Positions 30,972 through 41,047 of a stretch of DNA of 64,000 bases are shown here, piece after piece. Below the pieces are notes generated by a model that saw only the letters and a program-made list of their open reading frames with translations, made no database searches and was not told the DNA's origin. The position numbers and the translations under genes were made by a program. Origin of the DNA: Longimicrobiales bacterium (lineage in GTDB: Bacteria > Gemmatimonadota > Gemmatimonadetes > Longimicrobiales > Gaopeijiaceae); contig CBDFIQ010000002.1 of NCBI GenBank assembly GCA_965248195.1, forward strand, positions 2,688,001 through 2,752,000. The letters are read 5' to 3'. Numbering within the stretch: the stretch's first letter is position 1; every line of letters begins with the position of its first letter.

Positions 30972-32347
30972 GGTAGTGTCCCTAGATTTGTGTAAAAGCG
31001 GATAAGCTGGACAGGAGGGAAAGAAAAACGGAAGCTCCTCTGTTGTTGTTCACTGTCACATGAACCCGGGAGTCCGGGTCTGCAGAGCAGGCTCGGAACC
31101 GGAGAGGAGCTTCCGATGCAAGAGATTGTGGAGATCGGTCGGGCCACGCAAGACGAGCTACGCGATGATTTGCGCGAGCTGTTTCAAGGCGCGATCCGGC
31201 TGACGCTCGAGATGGTGCTGGAAGAGGAGCTGAAGGCCATGGTAGGTGCACGCCGCTTCGAGCGGGTGGGAAGCCGGAAGGACCATAGGAACGGCACATA
31301 CCTGAGGCGGCTGCTGACGAGCCTGGGGCAGATCGAGGTCGCCATGCCCCGGAGCCGGGACAACGGTTCGCCGGCCGACGTGATCGGCCGCTACCAGCGC
31401 AGGAGCCCCGAGCTCGACGAGATGATGGTCGAGGCGTATGTGAGCGGCGTGTCACAGCGCAAGATGGGCGACGTCACCGAGGCGCTGATGGGCGAGCGTG
31501 TTGGGCGCTCGACGGTGAGTCGTGTGGCAAAACGGCTCGACGAGGCCGTGGAAGGGCTGCGCCGTGCGCCGATCGAGGGGCCTCACCCCTATCTGTACCT
31601 GGACGCCACGTTCTTGGACGCCCGCTGGGCCCGCAAAGTCGAGAACGTGAGTGCGCTCGTGGCGTATGCAGTGGGCCCTGAGGGTCACCGACGGCTCCTG
31701 GCCGTCACGCTGGGCGCTGAGGAGTCGCAGCAGAGCTGGTCGGAGCTCCTCGAGCAACTCCAGGACCGCGGCCTCGGCGGTGTCGAGCTCGTGATCGCCG
31801 ATGAGCACGCAGGCCTGGCAGCTGCGGTCCGCCGCTTCCTGCCCGAGGCACGCCGTCAGAGGTGTACGGTCCATCTGCAGCGTAATGTGGGGGCGAGGGT
31901 CCCCCACCGCCTACGCAAGCGCGTGGCGCGTGAGGTCTCGGTGATCTTCCAGACATCCGGACTCGCCGAGGCGAAGAAGCTCCTGGGCGAGTTCGGCGCA
32001 CGCTGGAAGAAGGAGCTGCCCGAGGCCGTGGAGGTCCTGGAGCGGGGCTTCGGGGCAGCGACGCAGTTCTACGCGTTCCCCGAGGCGCACTGGCCCCGGC
32101 TGCGTACCACCAACAGCCTCGAGCGGCTGCACGGCGAGATCAAACGCAGGATCAAGGCCGCCGGCGCCTTCCCGGACCGGGCCAGCGCCCTCAGGCTCAT
32201 CACGGCCGTCGCACTCAGGACCACACACGTCTGGGGCGACCGGCGTTACCTCGACCTCTCACTCCTCCAGAAACAGGAGGTCGCCCAAGCAGCCTAGCCG
32301 AAGGCGAGGAGCTTCCTCCGCTTTTACACACAAATCGGGACTTGACC
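30972..32347 (+). mobile_element. IS256-family element, copy 3
   Basis: 9-bp TSD CTCCTTTCA. Confidence 0.95.
31116..32297 (+). CDS. IS256 transposase
   Basis: Protein identical to copy 1. Confidence 0.97.
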   Translation: MQEIVEIGRATQDELRDDLRELFQGAIRLTLEMVLEEELKAMVGARRFERVGSRKDHRNGTYLRRLLTSLGQIEVAMPRSRDNGSPADVIGRYQRRSPELDEMMVEAYVSGVSQRKMGDVTEALMGERVGRSTVSRVAKRLDEAVEGLRRAPIEGPHPYLYLDATFLDARWARKVENVSALVAYAVGPEGHRRLLAVTLGAEESQQSWSELLEQLQDRGLGGVELVIADEHAGLAAAVRRFLPEARRQRCTVHLQRNVGARVPHRLRKRVAREVSVIFQTSGLAEAKKLLGEFGARWKKELPEAVEVLERGFGAATQFYAFPEAHWPRLRTTNSLERLHGEIKRRIKAAGAFPDRASALRLITAVALRTTHVWGDRRYLDLSLLQKQEVAQAA

Positions 32348-32452
32348 CTCCTTTCATCGCTCCAGTGTTAGCGGACGGTGCCATCTTCTCGCGCGGGCGC
32401 TTGTCAGCGCGCGCCGCGCCATGCACTGCGTCGGCAAGACTGGATTTACGCT

Positions 32453-32705
32453 TCACCATTGGTCTCGGCTCCGTGTCCATTCAAAGAGTTCATTGATCTC
32501 GGCGGCGGCCTTCCCGCTTGGCGCAGACTCAGACGCGGACAATCCGGCTGTGAAGGCATGGACGTGCTCGATTCTCTGATGCACGATGACGGGGCAGGCC
32601 TTCACACCGTAACCAGCGATGGCTGTCAGGGCTTGGTCCGTGAGCTGGTTGGCGACTGGCGCCGCGTTGATGACCACAGCGCCTGCGGCGGCTTTCCCCC
32701 GGCCC
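32453..32705 (-). pseudogene. parA: ParA ATPase, C-terminal fragment
   Basis: VVINAAP...QRIEHVHAFTAGLSASE...GKAAAEINELFEW; Walker A missing. Confidence 0.7.
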
Positions 32706-32809
32706 CTGAGGCGATTAAGCCATCGCCCTGGTTCCTGAGGATGCCCGTCCTTCACGGCCCTCCACAGGTGCTGGGACTAACATAGGATGTGGTACCGCTC
32801 TTGGGGGCA

Positions 32810-33340
32810 GGTCACTGCCAATGGCACAAGCGAGAGAATGTGGTCTCGTACCTGCCACGCACCGAGCAGAAGGCCTGGCGTGTACGTCTGCAGCGAGCCT
32901 ACGAGCGGCCCACCTACGAGGAGGCGAAGCGGGACCTGAAAGCGATGCGGGCTGAGCTGGACGAGCTCAACCAGTCGGCGGTTGCGAGCCTGGACGAAGG
33001 GTTCGAGGAGACGTTGACCCTGCATCGACTCGGCGTGTTCCCGCTGGTTGGCCGTTCGCTGAAGACGACCAACGTTCTCGAATCCGTGAACGCTCAAGCC
33101 GAACAGCGCTGTGCGAGAGTCGACCGATGGAGAAACTCGAACCATAAGCAGCGCTGGCTCGCCGCCGCGCTCATCGACATCGAGCCTCGGCTCAGGGGGC
33201 TACTCGGCTATCGCCACCTCCCGTCGCTCCGTGCCGCGATTCAGAAGGAACTCGGGATCATCCATCCCGATAGCCAGACTCATGCCGCAGCCTGAGCGTC
33301 CGGAGGTCACTCGAGTTTCAACTAGCTTTGGGATTGACTC
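32810..33340 (+). mobile_element. 3' fragment of a second, different IS256-family element
   Basis: CQWHKRENV...LKTTNVLESVN; end-like sequence TTTCAACTAG...GGGATTGACTC. Confidence 0.8.
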
Positions 33341-33413
33341 ATCAGAGTCGACCGGGAAGGTTAAAGGAACTGTCAGGCGTCATTGCTCAAGCTCACCTCC
33401 ACCGATTTGACGC

Positions 33414-33557
33414 TCAAGATCCCATCGAGTTCGGATCTCGCGGGGGTTTGAGATCCTCAGCAAGATAGACGGTCGCCATGCCACCTTCGCCAATCTGGCG
33501 TTCAAGGCGGTAGCGGCCTTCCAGAGCTGAATCCAGCCGGGCAATCGGATCGGACAT
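33414..33557 (-). pseudogene. Ser/Thr kinase N-terminal stub 1
   Basis: MSDPIARLDSALEGRYRLERQIGEGGMATVYLAEDLK, then an early stop. Confidence 0.8.
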
Positions 33558-33605
33558 CAAGAAGACCTCGGGTCGAAGGGGTACCGCGAGGGATCATCCG
33601 ATGGA

Positions 33606-33737
33606 CTACATCATTCTGTGCGGAAGGGAGTTATCGCAAGCCGCTCCGTCTCTGGCCATCCCGCCCTCGCCAAGCTCACGCTCGACGCGGTAGCGGCCTT
33701 CGAGGGCAGCGTTCAGGCGGGTGATGGGGTCGGTCAT
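33606..33737 (-). pseudogene. Ser/Thr kinase N-terminal stub 2
   Basis: MTDPITRLNAALEGRYRVERELGEGGMA, then unrelated sequence. Confidence 0.8.
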
Positions 33738-33832
33738 GGCAGATTTCTAAAGTCGTTCCCGTCCACAAAGTGGGGCTCGAACTCCCCACGCCCGGACAAG
33801 CTGTAAGCACGAACTTCGACGCGGTCTTCTGC

Positions 33833-35410
33833 TTACGGTTCGTCGGCTTTCACCAACTCCTCTACCTCAACAACCTTCGTCTCCGTGGGTTCCGACCGGG
33901 CCGCATTGCGGTTGACTGTGCCCAACACTGCCGGCAACTCAATGCCCGCCTGCTCGGCCAGCTCGTGGATCGCCGGCAGCGACCCGATCAAGCTCGACAG
34001 AAAATCGGCCGTTCCACCGCCGTGCTTCGATCCACGACCACCGTTCCCCGAATCCCACACAGTGATCTTGTCGATCTTGAGGTTCTGAATCGCCTTCACC
34101 TGCTCGGCGACCAAGGTAGGAAGCTGCTCGATCATGAGCAGAGTCGGAGCGATCTGCGGATTCCCGGCGCAGGCCTCGACCAGTCTCTGGTACCCCGCGG
34201 CCTTGGCCTCCAACACCTTTTGCGTACCCTCCGCCTCGGCCACGAATTTGGCCAACATCGCGTCGGCCTCACCGCGCGCCTCGCGCCGCAGTTGCTCCGC
34301 AGTCGCCTCGGCCTCGATCTCGACCCGCTGTTTCTCGATCTCCTGAGGCGCCAGTTCGTCTTTGCCCAAGCGGGCGATCTCCTGCTCGCGCTGAGCCCCG
34401 AAGATCGCCTCGTCCGCCTGTGCGGCCGCGATCTCAGCCCTGCGCTTCGCCTCGGCCCGCACCTCTGCGAGCTGGGCGTTTGAGTTCGCGATCTCTCCCT
34501 GTGACGAGTTCTCGCCCTGAACCGCCGTCGACTCCGCCGCGGCAACCTGCACCCGCTGCTCCTGCTCCGCGTTCTTCTTAGCGGCGATGGTCTCGGCTTC
34601 CCGCTCGGCGGTTGCGATCTCGTAGTCGCGCTTCGACTTCACCTCGCCCTCAATCGCGGTCGCCTCCAGCGCAGCCACGCGCACCCGCTGATCGCGCTGG
34701 GCATCCTTCTGCCCGGTAGCGCCGTCGCGATCCTGCTGGGCGACCTCCACCTTGGCGCGATTGATCGCCTCCGCCGCCGCACGTTTCCCGATGGCTTCGA
34801 TGTAGCCACTCTCGTCGGTGATGTCACGGACGTTCACGTTGATCAGCGCGAGCCCCACCTTGTTGATCTCCTCGGCTACGTTCGTGTTGATGAGATTCAT
34901 GAACTTCTCGCGGTCCTTGTTAATCTCTTCGATCGACAGGGTCGCAATGACCAGCCGCAACTGACCCAGAATGATGTCCTGGGCTTGCTCGCGAATCTGG
35001 TTCTCATCCAGGTGCAGTAGTCTTTCCGCTGCTGAGTTCATGAGCACCGGGTCGGTGGAAATGCCCACCGTGAACGTCGAGGGAACGTTCACCCGGATGT
35101 TGTTGAGCGACAGCGCTCCTTCCAGGGGGATATCGATGACCAGCGGCTCGAGAGGCAAGAACGCGTAGTCCTGCAACAGCGGGATTATGAACTTGCCGCC
35201 GCCGTGGAGGCACTGTGCCGCCTGTGCGCCCGCGACCCTCCCATAGATGACCAGGATCCTGTTGGAAGGACAGCGCTTGTATTGCTTCACCAAGAACGAG
35301 ATGCCGAAGAAGAGGATAAGCAGACCCCCACCTATCAAGCCGAGCCACACCCTCGAATCGCCCTCGAACGCGCCCACTTGGAGGAGTGCCACCGTGGCGA
35401 ACAGGAACAT
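33833..35410 (-). CDS. Flotillin-like SPFH domain protein
   Basis: TM segment, SPFH domain (GQLRLVIA, DITDESGYIEAIG), EA-rich coiled coil and IDKITVWD. Confidence 0.92.
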   Translation of the reverse strand: MFLFATVALLQVGAFEGDSRVWLGLIGGGLLILFFGISFLVKQYKRCPSNRILVIYGRVAGAQAAQCLHGGGKFIIPLLQDYAFLPLEPLVIDIPLEGALSLNNIRVNVPSTFTVGISTDPVLMNSAAERLLHLDENQIREQAQDIILGQLRLVIATLSIEEINKDREKFMNLINTNVAEEINKVGLALINVNVRDITDESGYIEAIGKRAAAEAINRAKVEVAQQDRDGATGQKDAQRDQRVRVAALEATAIEGEVKSKRDYEIATAEREAETIAAKKNAEQEQRVQVAAAESTAVQGENSSQGEIANSNAQLAEVRAEAKRRAEIAAAQADEAIFGAQREQEIARLGKDELAPQEIEKQRVEIEAEATAEQLRREARGEADAMLAKFVAEAEGTQKVLEAKAAGYQRLVEACAGNPQIAPTLLMIEQLPTLVAEQVKAIQNLKIDKITVWDSGNGGRGSKHGGGTADFLSSLIGSLPAIHELAEQAGIELPAVLGTVNRNAARSEPTETKVVEVEELVKADEP

Positions 35411-35431
35411 CGTGTTATCCCCCTCTGGAGT

Positions 35432-36037
35432 TCATGCCTTCGTTACTGTTACTGAGTTGTCCTCATTTATGCTCACGACGCGGACCTTCTCGCTCCGGGG
35501 CAGTGCCTCGCCCTCCGTGATCGCTTTGTAGAACCGTTGGCGGTCGTCGATCAGGACACGCACGCGCCCCTTCCCGAGACCCTTGGCGGGGATCTTCGCG
35601 TACACCGTGCCCTCCGCCTCCAGGGTCTGGTATATGGGCACGTTGCCGCTGCTCTGGAGGCCATACATGGCCGTGAGCAATTTCGCGAGGAACCAAACCA
35701 TGCCCGTTCCACACGCCACCGCGAAGACGACGCTGATCGTGCCCCCCCAGCCTCCGCCGCGGAACGCACCCAGCCCTCCCCAGCCAAAGCCCATCAGAAA
35801 AGCAGCGATCGCCTGGACGGACAGGACCTTGAAGGCGTACGAGGATTCGCCGGTATCTACGTCGATATCGGCTCCCGCATCGATATCTACATCGACATCG
35901 AAGTCCACATCGACGTCCACGCCCGTATCGGCACCCCCGACGAGCATGAGGAGCGTACGCAAGGAGAAGAACACGGTGCCGGCAATCGCTGGCACGGTGA
36001 ACCAGATGGCGACGGGACCGAAGAACAGCTCCTGCAT
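35432..36037 (-). CDS. NfeD-like membrane protein
   Basis: DVDVD linker, FLMGFGWGG and a C-terminal OB fold (GTVYAKIP, GRVRV); directly upstream of the flotillin gene. Confidence 0.85.
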   Translation of the reverse strand: MQELFFGPVAIWFTVPAIAGTVFFSLRTLLMLVGGADTGVDVDVDFDVDVDIDAGADIDVDTGESSYAFKVLSVQAIAAFLMGFGWGGLGAFRGGGWGGTISVVFAVACGTGMVWFLAKLLTAMYGLQSSGNVPIYQTLEAEGTVYAKIPAKGLGKGRVRVLIDDRQRFYKAITEGEALPRSEKVRVVSINEDNSVTVTKA

Positions 36038-36239
36038 ACGGCTTCCATCTCGGGGGGTGGCGGTTACTGGAGGATACGCGGAGGCCGTGATCCGCCTTCA
36101 GAGCATCACATTAGTCGCCCCCCGAGGGAGCCGCAACCAACGCTGGGCTGCCTTGCCGCCTCTCTCAGTTCACGCGGGATCCCAACGGGGCTTCAAGGCC
36201 GAACGCAGTGTGATGCGGCGAGCCTGTCCGAGGGGACTG

Positions 36240-36533
36240 TGATCTGACCCCCTAAAACGAGACCAAGTCCAGTTTTAGAATTCTGGACGGGTCGAGACAA
36301 GGAAAAGGAGGTCAGGATGGCAGCGCCAAAGAACCTGAGCGCGGGACAAATCATCAACCAACTGTGCAGGGCGGAAGTGGCCCTGGCGAACGGGAAGAGG
36401 GTCAAGCAAGTGTGCCGGGAGCTGGGGGTGAGCGAGCAAACGTACTACCGGTGGCGCAAAGAGTACGGGGGAATGAAGGTGAGCCAGGCGAAGCGGCTCA
36501 AGGCGCTCGAGAAGCAAAACCAGCGACTGAAGC
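36240..36533 (+). mobile_element. IS3-family left end with orfA truncated by IS256
   Basis: TGATCTGACCCC end; GVSEQTYYRWRKEYGGMKVSQAKRLKALE. Confidence 0.88.
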
Positions 36534-37909
36534 GGTAGTGTCCCTAGATTTGTGTAAAAGCGGATAAGCTGGACAGGAGGGAAAGAAAAACGGAAGCTCC
36601 TCTGTTGTTGTTCACTGTCACATGAACCCGGGAGTCCGGGTCTGCAGAGCAGGCTCGGAACCGGAGAGGAGCTTCCGATGCAAGAGATTGTGGAGATCGG
36701 TCGGGCCACGCAAGACGAGCTACGCGATGATTTGCGCGAGCTGTTTCAAGGCGCGATCCGGCTGACGCTCGAGATGGTGCTGGAAGAGGAGCTGAAGGCC
36801 ATGGTAGGTGCACGCCGCTTCGAGCGGGTGGGAAGCCGGAAGGACCATAGGAACGGCACATACCTGAGGCGGCTGCTGACGAGCCTGGGGCAGATCGAGG
36901 TCGCCATGCCCCGGAGCCGGGACAACGGTTCGCCGGCCGACGTGATCGGCCGCTACCAGCGCAGGAGCCCCGAGCTCGACGAGATGATGGTCGAGGCGTA
37001 TGTGAGCGGCGTGTCACAGCGCAAGATGGGCGACGTCACCGAGGCGCTGATGGGCGAGCGTGTTGGGCGCTCGACGGTGAGTCGTGTGGCAAAACGGCTC
37101 GACGAGGCCGTGGAAGGGCTGCGCCGTGCGCCGATCGAGGGGCCTCACCCCTATCTGTACCTGGACGCCACGTTCTTGGACGCCCGCTGGGCCCGCAAAG
37201 TCGAGAACGTGAGTGCGCTCGTGGCGTATGCAGTGGGCCCTGAGGGTCACCGACGGCTCCTGGCCGTCACGCTGGGCGCTGAGGAGTCGCAGCAGAGCTG
37301 GTCGGAGCTCCTCGAGCAACTCCAGGACCGCGGCCTCGGCGGTGTCGAGCTCGTGATCGCCGATGAGCACGCAGGCCTGGCAGCTGCGGTCCGCCGCTTC
37401 CTGCCCGAGGCACGCCGTCAGAGGTGTACGGTCCATCTGCAGCGTAATGTGGGGGCGAGGGTCCCCCACCGCCTACGCAAGCGCGTGGCGCGTGAGGTCT
37501 CGGTGATCTTCCAGACATCCGGACTCGCCGAGGCGAAGAAGCTCCTGGGCGAGTTCGGCGCACGCTGGAAGAAGGAGCTGCCCGAGGCCGTGGAGGTCCT
37601 GGAGCGGGGCTTCGGGGCAGCGACGCAGTTCTACGCGTTCCCCGAGGCGCACTGGCCCCGGCTGCGTACCACCAACAGCCTCGAGCGGCTGCACGGCGAG
37701 ATCAAACGCAGGATCAAGGCCGCCGGCGCCTTCCCGGACCGGGCCAGCGCCCTCAGGCTCATCACGGCCGTCGCACTCAGGACCACACACGTCTGGGGCG
37801 ACCGGCGTTACCTCGACCTCTCACTCCTCCAGAAACAGGAGGTCGCCCAAGCAGCCTAGCCGAAGGCGAGGAGCTTCCTCCGCTTTTACACACAAATCGG
37901 GACTTGACC
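36534..37909 (+). mobile_element. IS256-family element, copy 4 (no TSD; adjacent deletion)
   Basis: The flanks differ and both neighbouring genes are truncated. Confidence 0.93.
36678..37859 (+). CDS. IS256 transposase
   Basis: Protein identical to copy 1. Confidence 0.97.
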   Translation: MQEIVEIGRATQDELRDDLRELFQGAIRLTLEMVLEEELKAMVGARRFERVGSRKDHRNGTYLRRLLTSLGQIEVAMPRSRDNGSPADVIGRYQRRSPELDEMMVEAYVSGVSQRKMGDVTEALMGERVGRSTVSRVAKRLDEAVEGLRRAPIEGPHPYLYLDATFLDARWARKVENVSALVAYAVGPEGHRRLLAVTLGAEESQQSWSELLEQLQDRGLGGVELVIADEHAGLAAAVRRFLPEARRQRCTVHLQRNVGARVPHRLRKRVAREVSVIFQTSGLAEAKKLLGEFGARWKKELPEAVEVLERGFGAATQFYAFPEAHWPRLRTTNSLERLHGEIKRRIKAAGAFPDRASALRLITAVALRTTHVWGDRRYLDLSLLQKQEVAQAA

Positions 37910-39244
37910 GCGCCGGCCGACGACGGCGGCGCCGCCATCACCGGCTACAAGATCGAGGTTTCGCCCAATGGCAGCACCGGCTGGACCAACCGCGTCGCCA
38001 CCACCGGCAACACCAACACCACCTACGCCCACACCGGCCTTTCCGCCGGCACCACCCGCCACTACCGCGTCTCGGCGATCAACTCGGTCGGCACCGGCGC
38101 CGCCTCCAGCACCGCCAACGCCACCACCGACGCCGAGCCGGGGCTGGCGGTGGTGACGGTGCACGCGCTGGCGACATCGGTGCCGGGGGGGGGCCTCGCC
38201 CGTTTCGAGCTGCGGCGCAGCGGCGGCGACCTGGACGACTGGCTCAAGGTCAGCTACCGGCACGACGAGTCGTCCGACGGCAACTACGTGAAGTCGTGGG
38301 GCTACTTCAAGCCGGGCGACACGAAGAAAAAGGCGGATTACGTCGTGGGGTCGTCCGGCACGGTGACGGCGTGCGTCATGGAGCCTTCGGTGCTGTGCAC
38401 AGAGGATCCGAATAATTCCTCGTGCACCGACAACTACATGGTCGGCAACCCGTCGAGCGCGTCGATGCAGGTAACGGCCAGCGCCAGCTCGTCGGACGAC
38501 GCGCTGGAATACGCGCTGACCCTCGTGGACGACCTGACCCCGGATGTGGCCGCCGCAGTGTTGCTCGGCGAGCAGACCCTCGGCGAGGCTGAGTTGGCCG
38601 CGCTCGACCGGCTGGGCAATGGTAACGGTCGCTACGACCTCGGGGACCTGCTCTCCTGGATCGATCGCTGCCGGCGGGGTGAAGCGCGGTGCGGACCAAC
38701 CTCGACGGGTTCCGGTCCCCCTTCCGCCGCCGGCCTCCTCGCCGCCGCGGCGGCCGGACGGCCGTGGATCTCCAGGCGCACGAGACGGCGCGGTTCCGGG
38801 CGCCCGGGACGAAAATCGATCCGCGCCGCGCGCCGCCGGGGGCGCTTCGCCGGATACGCACTCGCCACGCTGCTCGCCGTGACCATGACCCTGTCGTGCA
38901 CCGAAGGTTCGGTGGGACCGGCCGCCAACGTGCAGGACCCGGGGTTCCTGACCGTCGAGTGGACCGGGCCGGCAGCCGGTCGCGGCATCGGCGTTCTGCT
39001 GGAGCTCGAGGGTCCCGGCATCGAGGCCGTGCGCGCTCCCGGTTTCGAGTTGTACGAATCCAGGGCGTCCGGGCGGCATGAGATCGTCGTGGCGGGATCC
39101 CTCCGGGCGGGTCCCCTCGTGCAGTTCCGGGTCCCGGACCGGGGCCAGCTGCCTCTGTACCGGGTCCGCGTCCTCGAGGTCGCGGGAGAGGATTACGAGC
39201 TCAGGGACGCGGGGCAGTACCGGGCCGTGATCACGCTGCACTGA
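37910..39244 (+). pseudogene. 5'-truncated fibronectin type III surface protein
   Basis: APADDGGAAITGYKIE...GLSAGTTRHYRVSAINSVGTG; starts abruptly at the IS end. Confidence 0.8.
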
Positions 39245-39832
39245 CAACCCCAGCCAAGATGGGTCCCCCGACGTGCGCGGCAAGGTTCGAGTGCGTCGGG
39301 GGGGCCACGCCCACAGCAGCCGGGGCGTGCGCAGGTGTCGCGCGCCCCGGCCTCTTGAGGGCTGCACCGAGCAGCGCCTGCTTGACGGGCCGGATGGCGC
39401 CGGGCTGGCCGGTGGAGCCCGCGTCACAGCCAACCCTGACCTCCCGTCCCGCCATCCCGGCGCCCGCGAACGACGGCTCGCAGCCGCCGTAGGGGCGCCC
39501 GCCCGCGGCGCATTCCATGACGCGCGCGGCCAGGCCGCACACGGCGTCCTCCTCCGCGCCGGGAATCGACCCGCTGACCTAGCGCCGTCCTCTTACCAGC
39601 AACCGGCCCGGCCTCCCGGACGGCATCCGGTTCCCACGGACCTTCGCGTTCCGTCGCGCCGGCCGGCGCACACCCCGCACCGGCCGCACCCGGGCCCGGC
39701 TCTCCCGGCCGAGCCTCGCACCCCACCCCCCCGGCCTCGCATCCCCTGCCTCGCGGGGGCGTGCGCCACTGCACTGGCGGCGGCCTCCAGAGCCTCCCGG
39801 ACAACGTCGGATAACTACGTGCACCACGGACA

Positions 39833-39881
39833 CTTAGGAAATTTCCTAAGAGTTGACTTCCTGGAAAAGGCCCCCTCAACG
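39833..39881 (+). promoter_or_regulatory. 18-bp palindromic operator adjacent to a putative -35 box
   Basis: Perfect palindrome CTTAGGAAATTTCCTAAG, then TTGACT at 39853; the -10 box is weak. Confidence 0.6.
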
Positions 39882-39913
39882 TTACGGGCCATGACACGGT
39901 TGGAACGGCTCTC

Positions 39914-40438
39914 ATGCAGACCCTGGAGGAGCAATTCAACACACGGCTGAACGCGTTTCTGGGCAGCACGGGCCTGAGTCCGACGACGCTCGGCATGCAG
40001 GCGGTGGGCGACCCGAGCCTGTTACGCCAGATCGAGCGGGGACGCTCGCCGTCGCTCAGGACGGCGGACCGGATTCTGGCCTTCATGGCCGCCTACGAGC
40101 AGGACACGGGCGGCGCGAGGGCTCCGCCCGGCCGCCTGGCCGGGCCGGGGCCGGCGACGCGGGGGAGGAAGGCGAACCGGAGCAGAGCGATGAGTGAACA
40201 ACCGATCGAACAGAGAACAAACCCGCCGATCCGTTTCCTGCGGATCTCGGCTGTCGAGGCGCTGACGGGCCTGTCGCGGACCACGATCTACGACTGGTCG
40301 GCACAGGGGCGCTTCCCCCGGGCGGTCCGGCTGAGCGAGCGCGCGGTGCGCTGGATCGAGTCGGAGGTCGAGGAATGGATGGATGAGCGGATCGAGCAGG
40401 GCCGGGGCGGGGACGCCTCGGCGGCAAAACACAACTGA
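39914..40438 (+). CDS. Cro/XRE-like HTH fused to an AlpA-family DNA-binding domain
   Basis: GDPSLLRQIERGRSPSLRTADRI, and FLRISAVEALTGLSRTTIY...GRFPRAVRL...VRWIESEV. Confidence 0.85.
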   Translation: MQTLEEQFNTRLNAFLGSTGLSPTTLGMQAVGDPSLLRQIERGRSPSLRTADRILAFMAAYEQDTGGARAPPGRLAGPGPATRGRKANRSRAMSEQPIEQRTNPPIRFLRISAVEALTGLSRTTIYDWSAQGRFPRAVRLSERAVRWIESEVEEWMDERIEQGRGGDASAAKHN

Positions 40439-40457
40439 ACCCCAAGGAGGAGAGAGA

Positions 40458-40745
40458 ATGAGAACGTTGTCGAGAACGCTGCAAGCGGCCGCCTGGGCCG
40501 CACTGCTGGCGCTGACGCCGAGTGTGCTGCTGGCGCAGGGGACGAGCCCATGGGTGGAGGCGGTGAACGAGTTACAGGCGCAGTTCACGGGTCCGATCGC
40601 TCGGGGGCTGTCGCTGATCGCGATCGTGGTGGGCGGGCTGATGTTCGCGTTCGGCGAGGGCGGTAGCAAGCGCACGCTGGCCGGGATCATCTTCGGTCTC
40701 GGGATGGCGATGGGCGCGGCGAACTTCCTGGCGTGGCTGTTCTGA
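40458..40745 (+). CDS. virB2: VirB2/TrbC pilin
   Basis: AAGGAGG RBS, signal peptide and PW...TGPIARGLSLIAIVVGGLMFAFGEGG. Confidence 0.9.
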   Translation: MRTLSRTLQAAAWAALLALTPSVLLAQGTSPWVEAVNELQAQFTGPIARGLSLIAIVVGGLMFAFGEGGSKRTLAGIIFGLGMAMGAANFLAWLF

Positions 40746-41047
40746 TGCGGGGTCTGAGGCGCTGGGCCGGTTATGCGGCGCTGAACCGTCCGCTGACGAT
40801 CCTGGGTGTCGAGCGTAGGGGGTTCCTCCTCATCGCGACGCTCGGGCTCGCGATGTGGAACGCGACGGCTTCGCTCGTGACGGGCGGCGTGGTGTTCGCT
40901 GTCGGCTACGGTGCGGGCTGGCTGGCCGGCCGCAAAGACCCGGACATGCTTGGCGTGCTACGGGCCGGGACGCGCTACCCGTCGCGTTTCGACCCGGGCA
41001 AGTGGGCCGACGAGCCGTGGCATCTCGTGATCCGGAGCGGGCGATGA
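40745..41047 (+). CDS. virB3: VirB3/TrbD
   Basis: LNRPLTILGVER, two TM segments and KDP; lies between the pilin and VirB4. Confidence 0.85.
   Translation: MRGLRRWAGYAALNRPLTILGVERRGFLLIATLGLAMWNATASLVTGGVVFAVGYGAGWLAGRKDPDMLGVLRAGTRYPSRFDPGKWADEPWHLVIRSGR

Larger units (their letters stand above)
30838..32459 (-). pseudogene. Ribbon-helix-helix ParG-like protein interrupted by IS256
   Basis: MVKRKSS...GAMKG joins across the TSD to VLLRLQPKLHRQLRQLSLDEDTSLQALGVEALERIL; overlaps the parA stop. Confidence 0.75.
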
